DNA of 24,598 nucleotides from Bradymonadia bacterium (GCA_046290225.1 JBKAGE010000016.1:1-24598); one strand, 5' to 3'. Counted from the stretch's first letter, positions 1 through 10,007 are shown. The notes: generated by a model not told the origin, from the letters alone. Program-made: numbers and translations.

Positions 1-2
1 GC

Positions 3-104
3 AAGGACCCCAACGGCTACCGCTACGACTTCGTCAAGCTCGCCGAGAAGGCCGCCACCCTCGCTGGCGTACAGCCCAAGAAGGTCCAGGCCATCGCCAG
101 ATAA
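3..104 (+). CDS. 3' end of a gene truncated by the window edge; resembles the C-terminus of YfbK-type vWA proteins (DUF3520-like)
   Basis: Frame from nt 3 reads KDPNGYRYDFVKLAEKAATLAGVQPKKVQAIAR, with stop TAA at 102-104 followed by TGA. GC3-rich codons. The D-x-x-GYR-x-[DE]-F-x-x-L motif matches my recollection of the YfbK C-terminus. Confidence 0.6.
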   Translation, partial: KDPNGYRYDFVKLAEKAATLAGVQPKKVQAIAR

Positions 105-255
105 TGACCTGACAACTCTACAGTACCCACCCTTCGCTCAACCCCACTGCCTTCCCGACCGATGGCCAAAAAACACGACATTCTTTTCGTAAATAAAACA
201 ACAGCATCACGATATTAAAAGATGCTTTTACGTGTTTCATTCCTCGGGGGACATC

Positions 256-2238
256 ATGGGCCGACGAATCAGCATCGCCACCCGAATCAGTATGGGCTTC
301 GCTGCCGTTGTGACCATTCTCGCAGCGAGCAATGCCTTGAGCATCAGTGGTCTGGGCACAGCCTCAGATGACTTGCGCACCTATGCCAGGCTCGTCGACG
401 AGACCGCTCAGACTCAAAGTGTCTGGGCCAATACGCTCAGCGCACGGGTGCAGATGAAGCATTTGCTTCTCAAGGCCGGCAATGATGATGCGGCAGAAGC
501 AGCAGTCCTCGATCATCTCGCCAAGGTGCGTGCGCTGTTGTCTCAAACCGACAGCGAAGAAGCCCAGAACCAGCTCAGCCGGTTCGAAACCTATACCCGG
601 ACCTTCCGAGAGGTGACCACCCTGCTCGACGAGCGGCGCCGTACCATGACGGAGCAGCTCGACGTCATCGGCCCCGAGATGGCCACCACCGCCTCGAAGC
701 TGATGCTCAGTGCCGTCAACAGCGGGGATGTAGAGCTGGCCACCCGAGGTGCACGGCTCATCGAGTCCACCCTCAAGGCGCGCCTCGCGGTGGTGAAGTA
801 CATGCAGAGTCAGTCGCCTGATCATCTGACCCAGGCCCGCTCATCGATGGAGCAGGCTGCCACCACCCTCTATGGTTTCATGGGCGGTCCGGTCGATGCC
901 AAGGCCAAAACCCTCGCAGGACAAATGAAGGCCTACCGGGAAGCCATGGATCTTCTGGAGCAGCAGACTCAGCAACAACAAGCCAAGGTGCTGCAGATCC
1001 TGGACATCATCGGCCCTGCTGTCACTGGAGAGCTGGCCGCGAATGCTGAGCGCCTCAACAGCGCCCAAAGCGCGTTGGGGGCGCAGGCGACAGGCCAAGT
1101 TGAATCGTCTGCAGTGTGGAGCGGCATCATCGTCGCGTTGAGTGTGCTGCTCTCCACCCTCGTGGCCTTTCTGATGGGGCGCTCGCTCTCTCGACCGGTC
1201 ATCAGCCTCACCCATGCGATCAAGCATGTGGCCGACGGCAAACTCGACAAGCCCATCGACCATCAAGGCCGCAGCGACGAGCTGGGCGAGATGGCCCAGG
1301 CCATCTCGATTTGCCAGAAAAACCTGCTACAGGTGGAGACGCTCAAGGCCTACCAGATCCAGCTGACGGCCAAAGCAGAGGAGACGCGGAAGACCGAGAT
1401 GCGGGCCCTCGCCGATCGGTTCGAGTCAGAGCTGAAGGGGGTCGTGGCAGAGGTCGCCGCCGGTGCCCAGCAGGTCTCTGGCAGCGCTGCACAGGTGCGC
1501 AAGCAGACTGAAGGTGCTCGGCAACAAACCACCGAAGTCACGGTCTCGACCGCACAGGCCGTGGACAGTGTTCAAAGTGTCGCCGCTGCCGCAGAAGAGC
1601 TCAGTCACAGCATCAACGAAATCAGCCGACAGATGGCTCAGGCCGAGTCGGCCACCAGCAGCGCCGCACGCACGCTCGATGAAGCGCAGGGCAACATGAC
1701 CATGCTCGCGGAAGAGGCCAACTCAGTGGGTGCGGTGGTGGGCCTGATTCAGGAGATCGCAGAGCAGACGAACCTGCTGGCCTTGAACGCCACCATCGAA
1801 GCCGCCCGAGCGGGCGACGCTGGCAAGGGCTTCGCGGTGGTCGCCGACGAGGTCAAGAACCTCGCCAGTCAAACCGCCAAGGCCACCGAACAAATCAGCG
1901 GCATCATCGGACGCATTCAGAGTTCGAGTGGCCAGACAGTGGATTCGATGCGCCAGGTGGCAATGGTGGTGAGTGAGCTCCAAGATGCATCTGCTGCCGT
2001 CGCCGCAGCGGTGGAAGAGCAGAGCGCGTCGACACAAGAGATCGCCCAGAGCATTCAACACGCGCACATGGGTACTCAGGCTGTAGGACAGCAGATCGCC
2101 GGGGTGGCCGATGCCACGTCGAGCTCTGCCCGAGAGGCAGAAGCCATGGCCAACGCTGCTGCCCACATCGGCACGCAGGCCACCCGCCTCAACGATCACG
2201 TCTCTACCTTCCTCGACGGGGTGCGCGCAGATCTGTGA
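256..2238 (+). CDS. Methyl-accepting chemotaxis protein (TM, probable HBM-type sensor, TM, HAMP, signalling domain)
   Basis: Hairpin-tip motif [37 protein letters not shown], two TM segments, and HAMP (LSRPV...[10 protein letters not shown]). The paired LDVIGP/LDIIGP motifs suggest HBM. ATG 256 follows GGGGGAC (ORF track starts at 232). Confidence 0.95.
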   Translation: MGRRISIATRISMGFAAVVTILAASNALSISGLGTASDDLRTYARLVDETAQTQSVWANTLSARVQMKHLLLKAGNDDAAEAAVLDHLAKVRALLSQTDSEEAQNQLSRFETYTRTFREVTTLLDERRRTMTEQLDVIGPEMATTASKLMLSAVNSGDVELATRGARLIESTLKARLAVVKYMQSQSPDHLTQARSSMEQAATTLYGFMGGPVDAKAKTLAGQMKAYREAMDLLEQQTQQQQAKVLQILDIIGPAVTGELAANAERLNSAQSALGAQATGQVESSAVWSGIIVALSVLLSTLVAFLMGRSLSRPVISLTHAIKHVADGKLDKPIDHQGRSDELGEMAQAISICQKNLLQVETLKAYQIQLTAKAEETRKTEMRALADRFESELKGVVAEVAAGAQQVSGSAAQVRKQTEGARQQTTEVTVSTAQAVDSVQSVAAAAEELSHSINEISRQMAQAESATSSAARTLDEAQGNMTMLAEEANSVGAVVGLIQEIAEQTNLLALNATIEAARAGDAGKGFAVVADEVKNLASQTAKATEQISGIIGRIQSSSGQTVDSMRQVAMVVSELQDASAAVAAAVEEQSASTQEIAQSIQHAHMGTQAVGQQIAGVADATSSSAREAEAMANAAAHIGTQATRLNDHVSTFLDGVRADL

Positions 2239-2328
2239 ACCCCGAGCAGGTCAGTGCACACATCTGTGATGACTCTGGCCGCGCGCCCCTGTACCTTCGC
2301 TTCGCCAACGAGACGCGAAGGGAACCCC

Positions 2329-4359
2329 ATGGAGATCACCGCCGATCTGCGCCGCACCATCGTCAACACCATCCGCATGCTCGCCGTCGATGCCGTGGAG
2401 CAAGCGAAGTCGGGCCACCCCGGCGCCCCCATGGGGCAGGCCGAGCTGGCCCATGTACTCTTTCACGAGTTCTTGCGCTTCGACCCCACTGATCCCGAGT
2501 GGCCCGCTCGGGACCGCTTCGTGCTCAGCTGCGGCCACGGCTCGATGTTGCAATATGCGCTGCTGCACCTCTGGGGCTACCCCCTCGAGCTCGATGATCT
2601 CAAGCAGTTCCGCCAGTGGGGCTCCCTGACCCCGGGTCACCCCGAGGCCGGTCACACCGCGGGTGTGGAGGTGACCACGGGCCCTCTCGGTCAAGGCGTG
2701 GCACAGTCGGTGGGCATGGCCCTCGCCGCCCGCATGATGCAGGCCCGCCTCGCTGCCGAAGGCGAGGACTTCGACCCGATGCCCCAGCGGGTCTTCACGA
2801 TCTGCTCCGACGGCGACTTGATGGAGGGCATCAGCAGCGAGGCCGCCTCTCTCGCGGGACACTGGCGACTCTCGAACTTGATCTGGCTCTACGATGACAA
2901 CGGCATCACCATCGACGGTGACACCGACATCGCCTTCTCGGAAGACGTGGGCCAGCGCTTCGAGGCCTTCGGCTGGCGGGTGCTGCGTGCCGATGGCCAC
3001 AACGCCGACGAGGTCCGCGCCGCTCTGGCCCGGGCCACCGATGCTGGCGCCCCCGATCAGCCGGTGCTGATCATTTGCAAGACCCACATCGGCTACGGCA
3101 GCCCCAACAAGGTCGACTCGTCGAAGGCCCACGGCTCCCCCCTCGGAGCCGACGAGATCAAGGCGACGAAAGAGGTCCTGGGCTGGCCCACCGAGCCCAC
3201 CTTCCTGGTGCCCGACGAGGTGAAGGCCTTCTTCACCGAGGCCCAGCAGGCCAAGACCGCCGATCGCAAAGCCTACGAGGCGGAGTACACCGCCTGGCGC
3301 AGCCGCCAGCCGGAGGCCGCCGCCCGCTTCGACGATCTCTGGGCCGCGAAGACCCCAGAAGACTTCGCCGAGCGTCTGCTGGCCTCTGTGGCAGGCAAAG
3401 AAGACGCCACCCGCAAGCTGAGCGCCGCGGTCATCGACGCCGCCCTCGAGGCGATGCCGGCCTTTGTGGGTGGCTCTGCCGATCTCACGGGGTCGAACGG
3501 CATCAACATGAAGTCCGAGGTGATGGTGGGCTACCCGGGCTCCAGCCGCCGCAACGAGATGAGCTTCGCCGGCCGCAAGATGCACTTCGGCATCCGCGAG
3601 CACGCCATGGGGGCCATCACCAACGGCATGTTGCTGCACGGGGGCCTGCGGCCCTTCAACGCCACCTTCCTGGTCTTCAGCGACTACCTGCGGCCCTCGA
3701 TCCGCCTTGCGGCGTTGAGCCGCCTGCCCAACGTCTTCGTGCTCAGCCACGACAGCGTGTTCCTCGGGGAAGACGGCCCCACGCACCAGCCCGTGGAGCA
3801 TCACTGGGCCCTGCGTACGATCCCTGACTTCCACTACTTCCGCCCTGCAGACGCTGTAGAGGTGGCCATGACCTGGTCTTGGGCCCTCGGCGAGGCAGAG
3901 CTGCCCATCGGCGTGTCCCTGACCCGTCAGAAGCTGCCGGCCATCGAGCGCCGCGCCGACTTCGACGCCAAAGAGGTCTGGCGCGGGGGCTACGTGGTGA
4001 CTGCCGCGGAGAACCCCGAAGTGGTGCTGGTGGGCACGGGCTCAGAGCTGCAGCTTTGCTGTGAAGCAGCGAAGGCGCTCACGGCCGATGGCCACCGCGT
4101 ACAGGTGGTGTCGATGCCCTCGTTCGATCTCTTCCGGGAGCAGGACGAGGCCTGGCAGCGCTCAGTGATCCCTGCAGGCGCCAAGGTGTGCACCATCGAG
4201 GCGGGCATCACGGACCCCTGGGCAGTGCTCACGGGCCTGAGCGGCCTGCGCATCGGCATCGATCGCTTCGGCGCTTCGGCCCCGATGGCGGTGATCGCTG
4301 AAGAGTTCGGGCTGACGACGGAGAAGGTGTTGGGGCGCATTCGAGAGTGGCTGGGCTGA
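2329..4359 (+). CDS. tkt: Transketolase
   Basis: SGHPGAPMG, RDRFVLSCGH, TTGPLGQG, DGDLMEG (TPP binding), FGIREHAM, GEDGPTHQP, GIDRFGASAP. ATG 2329 follows AAGGGA. Confidence 0.98.
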   Translation: MEITADLRRTIVNTIRMLAVDAVEQAKSGHPGAPMGQAELAHVLFHEFLRFDPTDPEWPARDRFVLSCGHGSMLQYALLHLWGYPLELDDLKQFRQWGSLTPGHPEAGHTAGVEVTTGPLGQGVAQSVGMALAARMMQARLAAEGEDFDPMPQRVFTICSDGDLMEGISSEAASLAGHWRLSNLIWLYDDNGITIDGDTDIAFSEDVGQRFEAFGWRVLRADGHNADEVRAALARATDAGAPDQPVLIICKTHIGYGSPNKVDSSKAHGSPLGADEIKATKEVLGWPTEPTFLVPDEVKAFFTEAQQAKTADRKAYEAEYTAWRSRQPEAAARFDDLWAAKTPEDFAERLLASVAGKEDATRKLSAAVIDAALEAMPAFVGGSADLTGSNGINMKSEVMVGYPGSSRRNEMSFAGRKMHFGIREHAMGAITNGMLLHGGLRPFNATFLVFSDYLRPSIRLAALSRLPNVFVLSHDSVFLGEDGPTHQPVEHHWALRTIPDFHYFRPADAVEVAMTWSWALGEAELPIGVSLTRQKLPAIERRADFDAKEVWRGGYVVTAAENPEVVLVGTGSELQLCCEAAKALTADGHRVQVVSMPSFDLFREQDEAWQRSVIPAGAKVCTIEAGITDPWAVLTGLSGLRIGIDRFGASAPMAVIAEEFGLTTEKVLGRIREWLG

Positions 4360-4370
4360 GGCGCGGACGA

Positions 4371-4796
4371 TCTGAGCGGACGGCCGCCCTTCGGGCCGCC
4401 TGTAGCAGACGGTCATCGCCTTACGGCGACAGCCTGTAGCGGACGCCTCGCCTTCGGCGAGAGCTGTAGCGGACGCTCATTTGCCTACGGCAAATTCCCT
4501 GTAGCTTTTTTGAAGATCACTCTGGGGGGGCGTGTGTGAATTCATCTACCGCAGACGCTGTTGGCCCCTGACGCACCAGTTCCGGCGTAAGCCCCAACCT
4601 GGGTTGAGAGGCCCACCAGACACACCATAAGTCTCTAAAAAAGCTACAGCACAGGCTGCCGAAGGCAGACTCGGCGTCCGCTACAGCTTTGCGCCAGCGC
4701 AGCTGGTTCAGGCGTCCGCTACAGACGCAGCGAAGCGAAAGCTTTTGCTGGGTCGTCCGCTACAGGCGGTGCCAAAGGCACGGCCGTCCGCTCAGA
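4371..4796. repeat. Nested inverted-repeat element 1 (REPIN/MITE-like branched hairpin)
   Basis: Arm pairs 4371-4386/4781-4796, 4396-4411/4754-4769, 4434-4448/4710-4724, 4462-4476/4674-4688 and 4499-4511/4637-4649. Built on CTGTAGCGGACG / CGTCCGCTACAG units separated by small hairpins. Confidence 0.9.
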
Positions 4797-4800
4797 CCGC

Positions 4801-5910
4801 TCACTCACACACATCCAACCACGGCGTAATCACCCCGCCGCTGCACTCAGGCGCAGTTTCAGCCCCACACGGCCACCAGCGCGGCCGGATCGCTCGGGGC
4901 ACCACGTACTCCTTCAGCTCCACGTCGACAATGCAGGTACAACCTGAGCACGTCGTGATGCCCTCCCGCACGCGCAACAGGCTGAAAATGCCATCTGTCT
5001 CGCACTCCAGGCGGCGGGTGCGCTGCGCTGGAGGCAGCTCTTCCACCTCAGGGGGCTCGATCTCGTCGAGGATCGCCACCTGACACAGCGTACGCTCCGC
5101 GCCGTCGGGCTCAGGCACTCCAGCGCAGGGGTTCGCACCCCCGGAGAGGGGCACCACTTCTGGGTCGAAGATGATGGTGCGATCCGTGAAGCCTCGGATG
5201 AAGGGGATCGAGCGTGTGCGGCAGGCCACCGCTTCCGTGAGGCCCGGGTTCGCTGCCAGCGTGAGCGCCACCGGCGGCGTAGGCTCCGGGGCCACGGCCA
5301 TCCGGGTCTCCGAGCCGTCGTCGGTCACGCGGAAGAAGCCGTTGTAGCGCGGGCCATATTGTTCATAGAACCGCTCGGTCACCTCGAGGCCCACCAGATC
5401 GAGCAGGGCGTCGAGATCAGGGGTATAGGCCAGGCCCGGGCCATTGCGGGCATCGACGGCGAGTACCCGATCGGCGCCGGGGGTGGGGTTGATCGTCGGC
5501 GGGCCGAAGCGGCCGTCTCCGTCGACGTCTTCATAGGCGATGATCCAGACACGGTGGGCCAGCGCCGCAGCCCGAATCGTCTCGTCCTCGATGAGGGTGA
5601 GGGCGTTGAGAGGCAGCAACAGGCTTGCCAATTCAGGGCTCAGAGGCTTCACCTGCAGCGACATCAGCGTGTCGCCCTCGGGCTCCAGCGTGATCGCCTC
5701 GTCGCTCACGATGTAGAGTCCCGTAATCAGACGCCAGGCCACCGCCACCCGCAGCGGCGCCTCTCGGGGCACTGTGTCGGGATCAGAGATCCTCACTGGC
5801 AGACTGATCGGATCAGAGAGCGTCTGAGTCTCCACCGTACAGCCCGCGAGGAGCGTGCTCCCGTGCACGAGGCCTGACAGCCAGCAGCGAAGGCGCATGT
5901 GACGACTCAC
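4801..5910 (-). CDS. Hypothetical lipoprotein with a Cys-rich C-terminus
   Basis: 369-aa ORF with lipobox LAGC, a DVDGDG Ca-binding-like motif and several C-terminal Cys. The GTG start overlaps the upstream stop (GTGA); alternative ATG at 5898. Confidence 0.8.
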   Translation of the reverse strand: MSRHMRLRCWLSGLVHGSTLLAGCTVETQTLSDPISLPVRISDPDTVPREAPLRVAVAWRLITGLYIVSDEAITLEPEGDTLMSLQVKPLSPELASLLLPLNALTLIEDETIRAAALAHRVWIIAYEDVDGDGRFGPPTINPTPGADRVLAVDARNGPGLAYTPDLDALLDLVGLEVTERFYEQYGPRYNGFFRVTDDGSETRMAVAPEPTPPVALTLAANPGLTEAVACRTRSIPFIRGFTDRTIIFDPEVVPLSGGANPCAGVPEPDGAERTLCQVAILDEIEPPEVEELPPAQRTRRLECETDGIFSLLRVREGITTCSGCTCIVDVELKEYVVPRAIRPRWWPCGAETAPECSGGVITPWLDVCE

Positions 5911-7304
5911 AGGTTCACCTCCACCTCGAAGATGAGGGCCGGATCATAAATGAAGCGGCGCTGCACCTGGAACGCCGCGTCGAAGATGAGCGAGTGCACC
6001 TGCTTGTTCGAGACGTGAATCCGGGCCAGGTGAGGCAGCCCGTACCAGAGTTGCCAGTTCAGCCCTGCCCGATAGTAGAAGTCGTGAAACACCCCTGGGA
6101 ACCGATCCCCCCGTGGCAAAGAGCTTACCCGGATCGGGCCGTCGGATCCTTGCTCTACGAGCCGCAGCCAGTATTCCCCCTGCGCCATGAGGGACCAGTG
6201 CCGGGCAAAGCGCCATCGCACCTCACCCATGGCTGTATACGAGCGCTGATCATAGTCGGGGCTGATGGACAAGAACTCGTACGGGTGCGTGACGTAGGTT
6301 TGCTCCCGCCAGGGCAGCTGAGGGCCCGTAGTCGTCTCACGGGGCGTACGTCGGGGGCCTGAGCCCGCACCGTAGTAACGAAATTGCTGACCCAGATGCA
6401 GATCGAGGCGACCCCCGGCGAGGGCGCGCTGCCGCCAGTCGAGGCGGAGCATCGCTGCCTGAGGGAACGCGTCGACGTCAGAGGTGGTGTTCGACACCTT
6501 CACCCCATACTCCGCTGCCACCCTGAAGGCCCCAAAGGGCAGATCGACGCTGGCCCCCACGAGCTGGCTGTTCTCCGTAGCGGCGCTCTGCAGCCAGGCC
6601 ATGTAGTGCAGCTTCACCCGACCATCGAGGGCGCCGAGGGTGAGCGAGTAGAGATCGTCATCGGGCCACATGATGCGCCCCGCCATGACCTGTGTGAGAG
6701 ACCAGTGACGCCACTTCAGGCCACCCGCGTTGCCTTCGAGGGGTAACTGCTCCACCCAGAGGCCGGCGCCGAGAGTCACCGTGTCGAGATCGAAAAGCAC
6801 AGCCTCGCCTTCGAGGGGATCACCATCGATCTGGGCGAGGGTGCCCGAAGCATGCAGGCCCAGGCCGCTGATCAAATCGCTCGAGAAGCGGTAGCCGTCG
6901 CTGGCGCTGGGATTGAACGTCACCAGATTCAGGTTCACCTCGAGGGCTTCGAAGGCCCGCAGCGCCAGAAACGTGTCGAGGATGAAGTACCCGTGAAAGT
7001 GCGGCAGCTCGCCACCAGGGGTGAGATTGAGTCGGAACCCCGTGAGGCCGTCGGCGGCCATGGTGAACCGCTCGGGGAGCGTCTGCGGGCTCAGGCGGTG
7101 GCTCTGGCTGGGCACGGTGAGCTGATCGTAGAGGCGTCGATTGAGTAGACGCTGCTCGAAGAGCGTCCAGCGATCGCGACCGTCGAGAAAGATGCTCGGC
7201 GCCAAATCGGCCGAGGCGCCACTCTGCTGGGCGTGCGCTCGACTGTGAGAGAGCACGGCGCAGGCGGACAAGAGCAACAGGAGAGACGCAGGCAGGCGAC
7301 GCAT
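5907..7304 (-). CDS. Hypothetical outer-membrane beta-barrel protein
   Basis: Likely start ATG 7304 (MRRLPASLLLLLSACAVLSHSRAHA signal peptide). Amphipathic aromatic-rich strands and C-terminal LIFEVEVNL. The upstream part of the 770-aa ORF overlaps plus-strand genes. Confidence 0.75.
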   Translation of the reverse strand: MRRLPASLLLLLSACAVLSHSRAHAQQSGASADLAPSIFLDGRDRWTLFEQRLLNRRLYDQLTVPSQSHRLSPQTLPERFTMAADGLTGFRLNLTPGGELPHFHGYFILDTFLALRAFEALEVNLNLVTFNPSASDGYRFSSDLISGLGLHASGTLAQIDGDPLEGEAVLFDLDTVTLGAGLWVEQLPLEGNAGGLKWRHWSLTQVMAGRIMWPDDDLYSLTLGALDGRVKLHYMAWLQSAATENSQLVGASVDLPFGAFRVAAEYGVKVSNTTSDVDAFPQAAMLRLDWRQRALAGGRLDLHLGQQFRYYGAGSGPRRTPRETTTGPQLPWREQTYVTHPYEFLSISPDYDQRSYTAMGEVRWRFARHWSLMAQGEYWLRLVEQGSDGPIRVSSLPRGDRFPGVFHDFYYRAGLNWQLWYGLPHLARIHVSNKQVHSLIFDAAFQVQRRFIYDPALIFEVEVNL

Positions 7305-7397
7305 GCTCTGGCTATAGCACAAGGGGCCGATCTCAGGCCCGACTTGAGGGCCGCGGTGACGCTGTGTTTTGCTTAAATTCAGAACTTCGGAGGATCT

Positions 7398-7970
7398 ATG
7401 CGCCCACCCTACATTGCCCATCTGCTTCGGGTCGGCCTCTTGATGCTGATCGCCTGCCCGACCTGGGCTCAACGCAAGATCATCAAGGTCACGGGCCCCG
7501 ATGGCAGGACGCGATACGTCACCGAGCCTGAGCCACCCGTGTTGGTGGGACCACCGGTTCAACCCTCCACGCCTGACGCCAAAGACCAGGCGCGCCCTCA
7601 GAAAGCCTCGTCGAAGCGCAGCACGACCAGCACTGCCGACACTCCCTTGTTTCCGGGCAACCCCGAGTTCGTCCCCGGCGTGGGGCTCACGAAGACCTCG
7701 AGGGCCGAGGGTGGCTCCGGTGACACAGGTGCAGCCGAGCCCCTGCCCACGCTCAGCCTCGCGGAACGCCGCGCCGAGGCCGAGGCGGCGTTGAAGCAGG
7801 CCATCGCCGATCAGGAGGCTGCAGAGAAGGCGTTCTCGGCAGCGGTGCACAAGGCTCGAGTGGTGCCCTTTGGCGCCCACTTCAAAGCCCGCACCGACGC
7901 TCAGGTCGCCCTCGAAGAGGCGAAAGCCAAAGTCACCGAGGCCCAAGCCGCCGTCGACGCGCTCAAGTGA
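7398..7970 (+). CDS. Secreted hypothetical protein with a DUF4124-like N-terminus and a C-terminal coiled coil
   Basis: GGAGGA RBS, signal peptide ending TWA, KIIKVTGPDGRTRYVTEP motif, Ala/Glu/Lys-rich helical tail. Confidence 0.7.
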   Translation: MRPPYIAHLLRVGLLMLIACPTWAQRKIIKVTGPDGRTRYVTEPEPPVLVGPPVQPSTPDAKDQARPQKASSKRSTTSTADTPLFPGNPEFVPGVGLTKTSRAEGGSGDTGAAEPLPTLSLAERRAEAEAALKQAIADQEAAEKAFSAAVHKARVVPFGAHFKARTDAQVALEEAKAKVTEAQAAVDALK

Positions 7971-7983
7971 TGCGCGCCCCTTG

Positions 7984-8712
7984 ATGTTGAGCCTTCTGCT
8001 GATCGGTGGGTTGCTGCACAGCCCCCCTGCCCTCGCCGAAGTCCCCAGTCGGGTAGACGTCGAGCCCCTCGCGGTCCCCGCTGTCGACGTACCCCTCACC
8101 TTCGTGACCGCTGTGGGCTGGTACGCGCTCTTTCGCCAACATGACGACTGGGCAGATCCCTCGTGCCCCTGTGATCGCACCGACGCACCTCGGTGGGATC
8201 GTATCGGCGTCGATGGCACCTGGCGTCAGGGAGAGACCATGGCCGACGCCACCCTCGGCGCCGCTCTGCTCGTAAGCCTCGGCGCCGCAGCCATGGGCGC
8301 AGATGACATGGACGACGTCTTTGAAGACGCTCTGCTCAGCACAGAAGCCATGATGATCGCCGGGCTGCTCACCCAAGGGGTCAAGACCGCCACCAGCCGC
8401 CCCTACCCCTACTTGCTGCGCCCAGGTGCTGATCCCGCTCGGGAGGCTGACGGGGTGAACTACGCCGCTTTCTGGTCGGGGCACACCGCCACCCCCATGG
8501 CCGCCGCCGTCGCCGCGGCGTGGCAGTTCCAGCGACGACGACCCCACGACCCGATGCGGTGGGTCTTCTGGGTGGTGGGCCCCGCCCTGGCGCTGTCATC
8601 AGGCGTGTTTCAGATCAGCGCCGGCAATCACTACCCCTCCGACGTGGTCGTGGGCGCCGCGGTGGGCGCCGGGGTCGGCCTCGCGGTGCCGTGGCTACAC
8701 GGAGAGTTCTAG
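7984..8712 (+). CDS. PAP2-family (type 2 phosphatidic acid phosphatase-like) membrane protein
   Basis: Motifs KTATSRPYP, FWSGH and AGNHYPSDV, several TM helices, and an N-terminal signal from ATG 7984. Confidence 0.88.
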   Translation: MLSLLLIGGLLHSPPALAEVPSRVDVEPLAVPAVDVPLTFVTAVGWYALFRQHDDWADPSCPCDRTDAPRWDRIGVDGTWRQGETMADATLGAALLVSLGAAAMGADDMDDVFEDALLSTEAMMIAGLLTQGVKTATSRPYPYLLRPGADPAREADGVNYAAFWSGHTATPMAAAVAAAWQFQRRRPHDPMRWVFWVVGPALALSSGVFQISAGNHYPSDVVVGAAVGAGVGLAVPWLHGEF

Positions 8713-8740
8713 GGCGTCGCTGCGCAGCGCAACGGAGCCG

Positions 8741-9304
8741 TCACCCAGCGATCACACGCTGAACGCTGGCCACCGCCCGCATTACAGAATCGTCGGACTC
8801 CACGGTGTGCATCTCGCTCAGCGGCACCCACCGAGCATCTTTGGCGTCCGAGCCCGCCTCGAAGTCCCACGTGGTGGCTTCGAACAACACCCGAGCGTCG
8901 AAGTGCTTGTGTGTCGGATCAGACTTTCGAGCAGGGATCTCATGTACATCGACGTCGAGCAGCCCGTCGCCGAGCAGCTTCACTTCCGTGAGGCCGGTCT
9001 CCTCGGCCACTTCACGTCGGGCGGCGGCGAAGATGTCGGCATCATCAGGCTCGAAGTGCCCCCCAGGTTGGAGCCAGCGGTGCAGCTTCCCGTGGAAGAT
9101 CAGCAACAGGGCCGAATGATCGGGCGAGAGCACGAAGGCGCTGGCGGTGAAGTGCCCGGGCTCGAAGTGATCGCGATGAAACGGATCACCCTCCACCTCG
9201 GCGAGGGCGAGCATATCCGTGCGATGCGTGCCTTCTGCAGTGTCGGCGGGGGCATGCTGCTTCAACAGCTCAGCGAGATGATTACGGCGGTGTAGATTGG
9301 TCAT
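8741..9304 (-). CDS. NUDIX hydrolase
   Basis: Nudix box PGGHFEPDDADIFAAARREVAEETG, plus GHFTASAFV, WLQ and HKHFD. Start ATG 9304. Confidence 0.93.
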   Translation of the reverse strand: MTNLHRRNHLAELLKQHAPADTAEGTHRTDMLALAEVEGDPFHRDHFEPGHFTASAFVLSPDHSALLLIFHGKLHRWLQPGGHFEPDDADIFAAARREVAEETGLTEVKLLGDGLLDVDVHEIPARKSDPTHKHFDARVLFEATTWDFEAGSDAKDARWVPLSEMHTVESDDSVMRAVASVQRVIAG

Positions 9305-9364
9305 AGGGGTCGTGTTACCTGCTCGACGTATAGATGCAAAGAGATTCGCATCGGGTAAGAGAGC

Positions 9365-9907
9365 ATGCAGATGACGCAACGTTTCTCCATCACGCGCCGC
9401 GCTGACTTTTCGCCGGACGACGAGGCCGAGCTCAAAGGGCTCTCGCAACAGGTCTACCCGCCCGAGGCCATGACGGACTGGCCAGGTCGCCACATCGAGT
9501 GGGCCAGGACCACCCACAGCATTCGCTGCTGGTCAGACGATGTACTGGTGGCCCACGCTGGCCTTCTGGTCCGCTCAGGTCGCATTGACGATCGCACCGT
9601 AACCCTCGGAGGCGTGGGTGGTGTGATGGTTCACCCCGGTCATCGTCGCCAGGGGCTCGCCACCGCCACCATGCATCGTGCACCCACGTGGTTTGCAGAG
9701 CAGCAGGTCGATTTCGCGGTGCTGGTCTGTGTACCTGAGCTGTTCACGCTCTATGGCAGGGCGGGCTGGCAGGTCTTCGAAGACACTCTGTGGGTGCAGC
9801 AGCCAGGAGGTCGTGTGCCGTTTACATTCAACCGGCCCATGACCTTGTCGGTGGGCCTCGAGGCGCCCATCACCGGCGCACTCGATCTATGCGGGCTTCC
9901 ATGGTGA
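9365..9907 (+). CDS. GNAT-family N-acetyltransferase (AAC(2')/Eis-like fold)
   Basis: Acetyl-CoA motif VGGVMVHPGHRRQGLAT, LYGRAGW, and C-terminal DLCGLPW. Confidence 0.88.
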   Translation: MQMTQRFSITRRADFSPDDEAELKGLSQQVYPPEAMTDWPGRHIEWARTTHSIRCWSDDVLVAHAGLLVRSGRIDDRTVTLGGVGGVMVHPGHRRQGLATATMHRAPTWFAEQQVDFAVLVCVPELFTLYGRAGWQVFEDTLWVQQPGGRVPFTFNRPMTLSVGLEAPITGALDLCGLPW

Positions 9908-9973
9908 ACTCACCGAGCACCAGGCGTCACCCGCTCTATTTTTTCGATATTCTTTTGAGACCTGCAGGCTGAT

Positions 9974-9992
9974 GTAGGGGTCGAACCCCTGC
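9974..9992. promoter_or_regulatory. Palindrome upstream of the LuxR gene; possible autoregulatory operator
   Basis: GTAGGGG-TCGAA-CCCCTGC lies just upstream of the AGGAG RBS of the gene at 10008. Confidence 0.35.
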
Positions 9993-10007
9993 TTCACAGG
10001 AGTTCGT

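Noticed and set aside
190..215. Sigma-28 promoter TAAA...CACGATAT upstream of the MCP
   Set aside because: Spacer is 14 nt rather than 15 and the -10 match is imperfect.
2251..3834. 527-aa antisense ORF and similar shadow ORFs over the LysM and ggt genes
   Set aside because: Typical stop-poor antisense frames of high-GC genes.
4386..4495. UUCG/UACG RNA tetraloops in element 1
   Set aside because: The stems pair as 3-nt loops (TTC, TAC); the tetraloop register breaks the stem.
4399..4770. CRISPR array (CTGTAGCGGACG repeats with variable spacers)
   Set aside because: Repeats are only about 12 nt, spacers are themselves hairpins, orientation flips midway, and no cas genes are present.
7305..8219. 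N-terminal 305 aa of the 770-aa minus-strand ORF
   Set aside because: Antisense to two credible plus-strand genes; the signal peptide begins at 7304.
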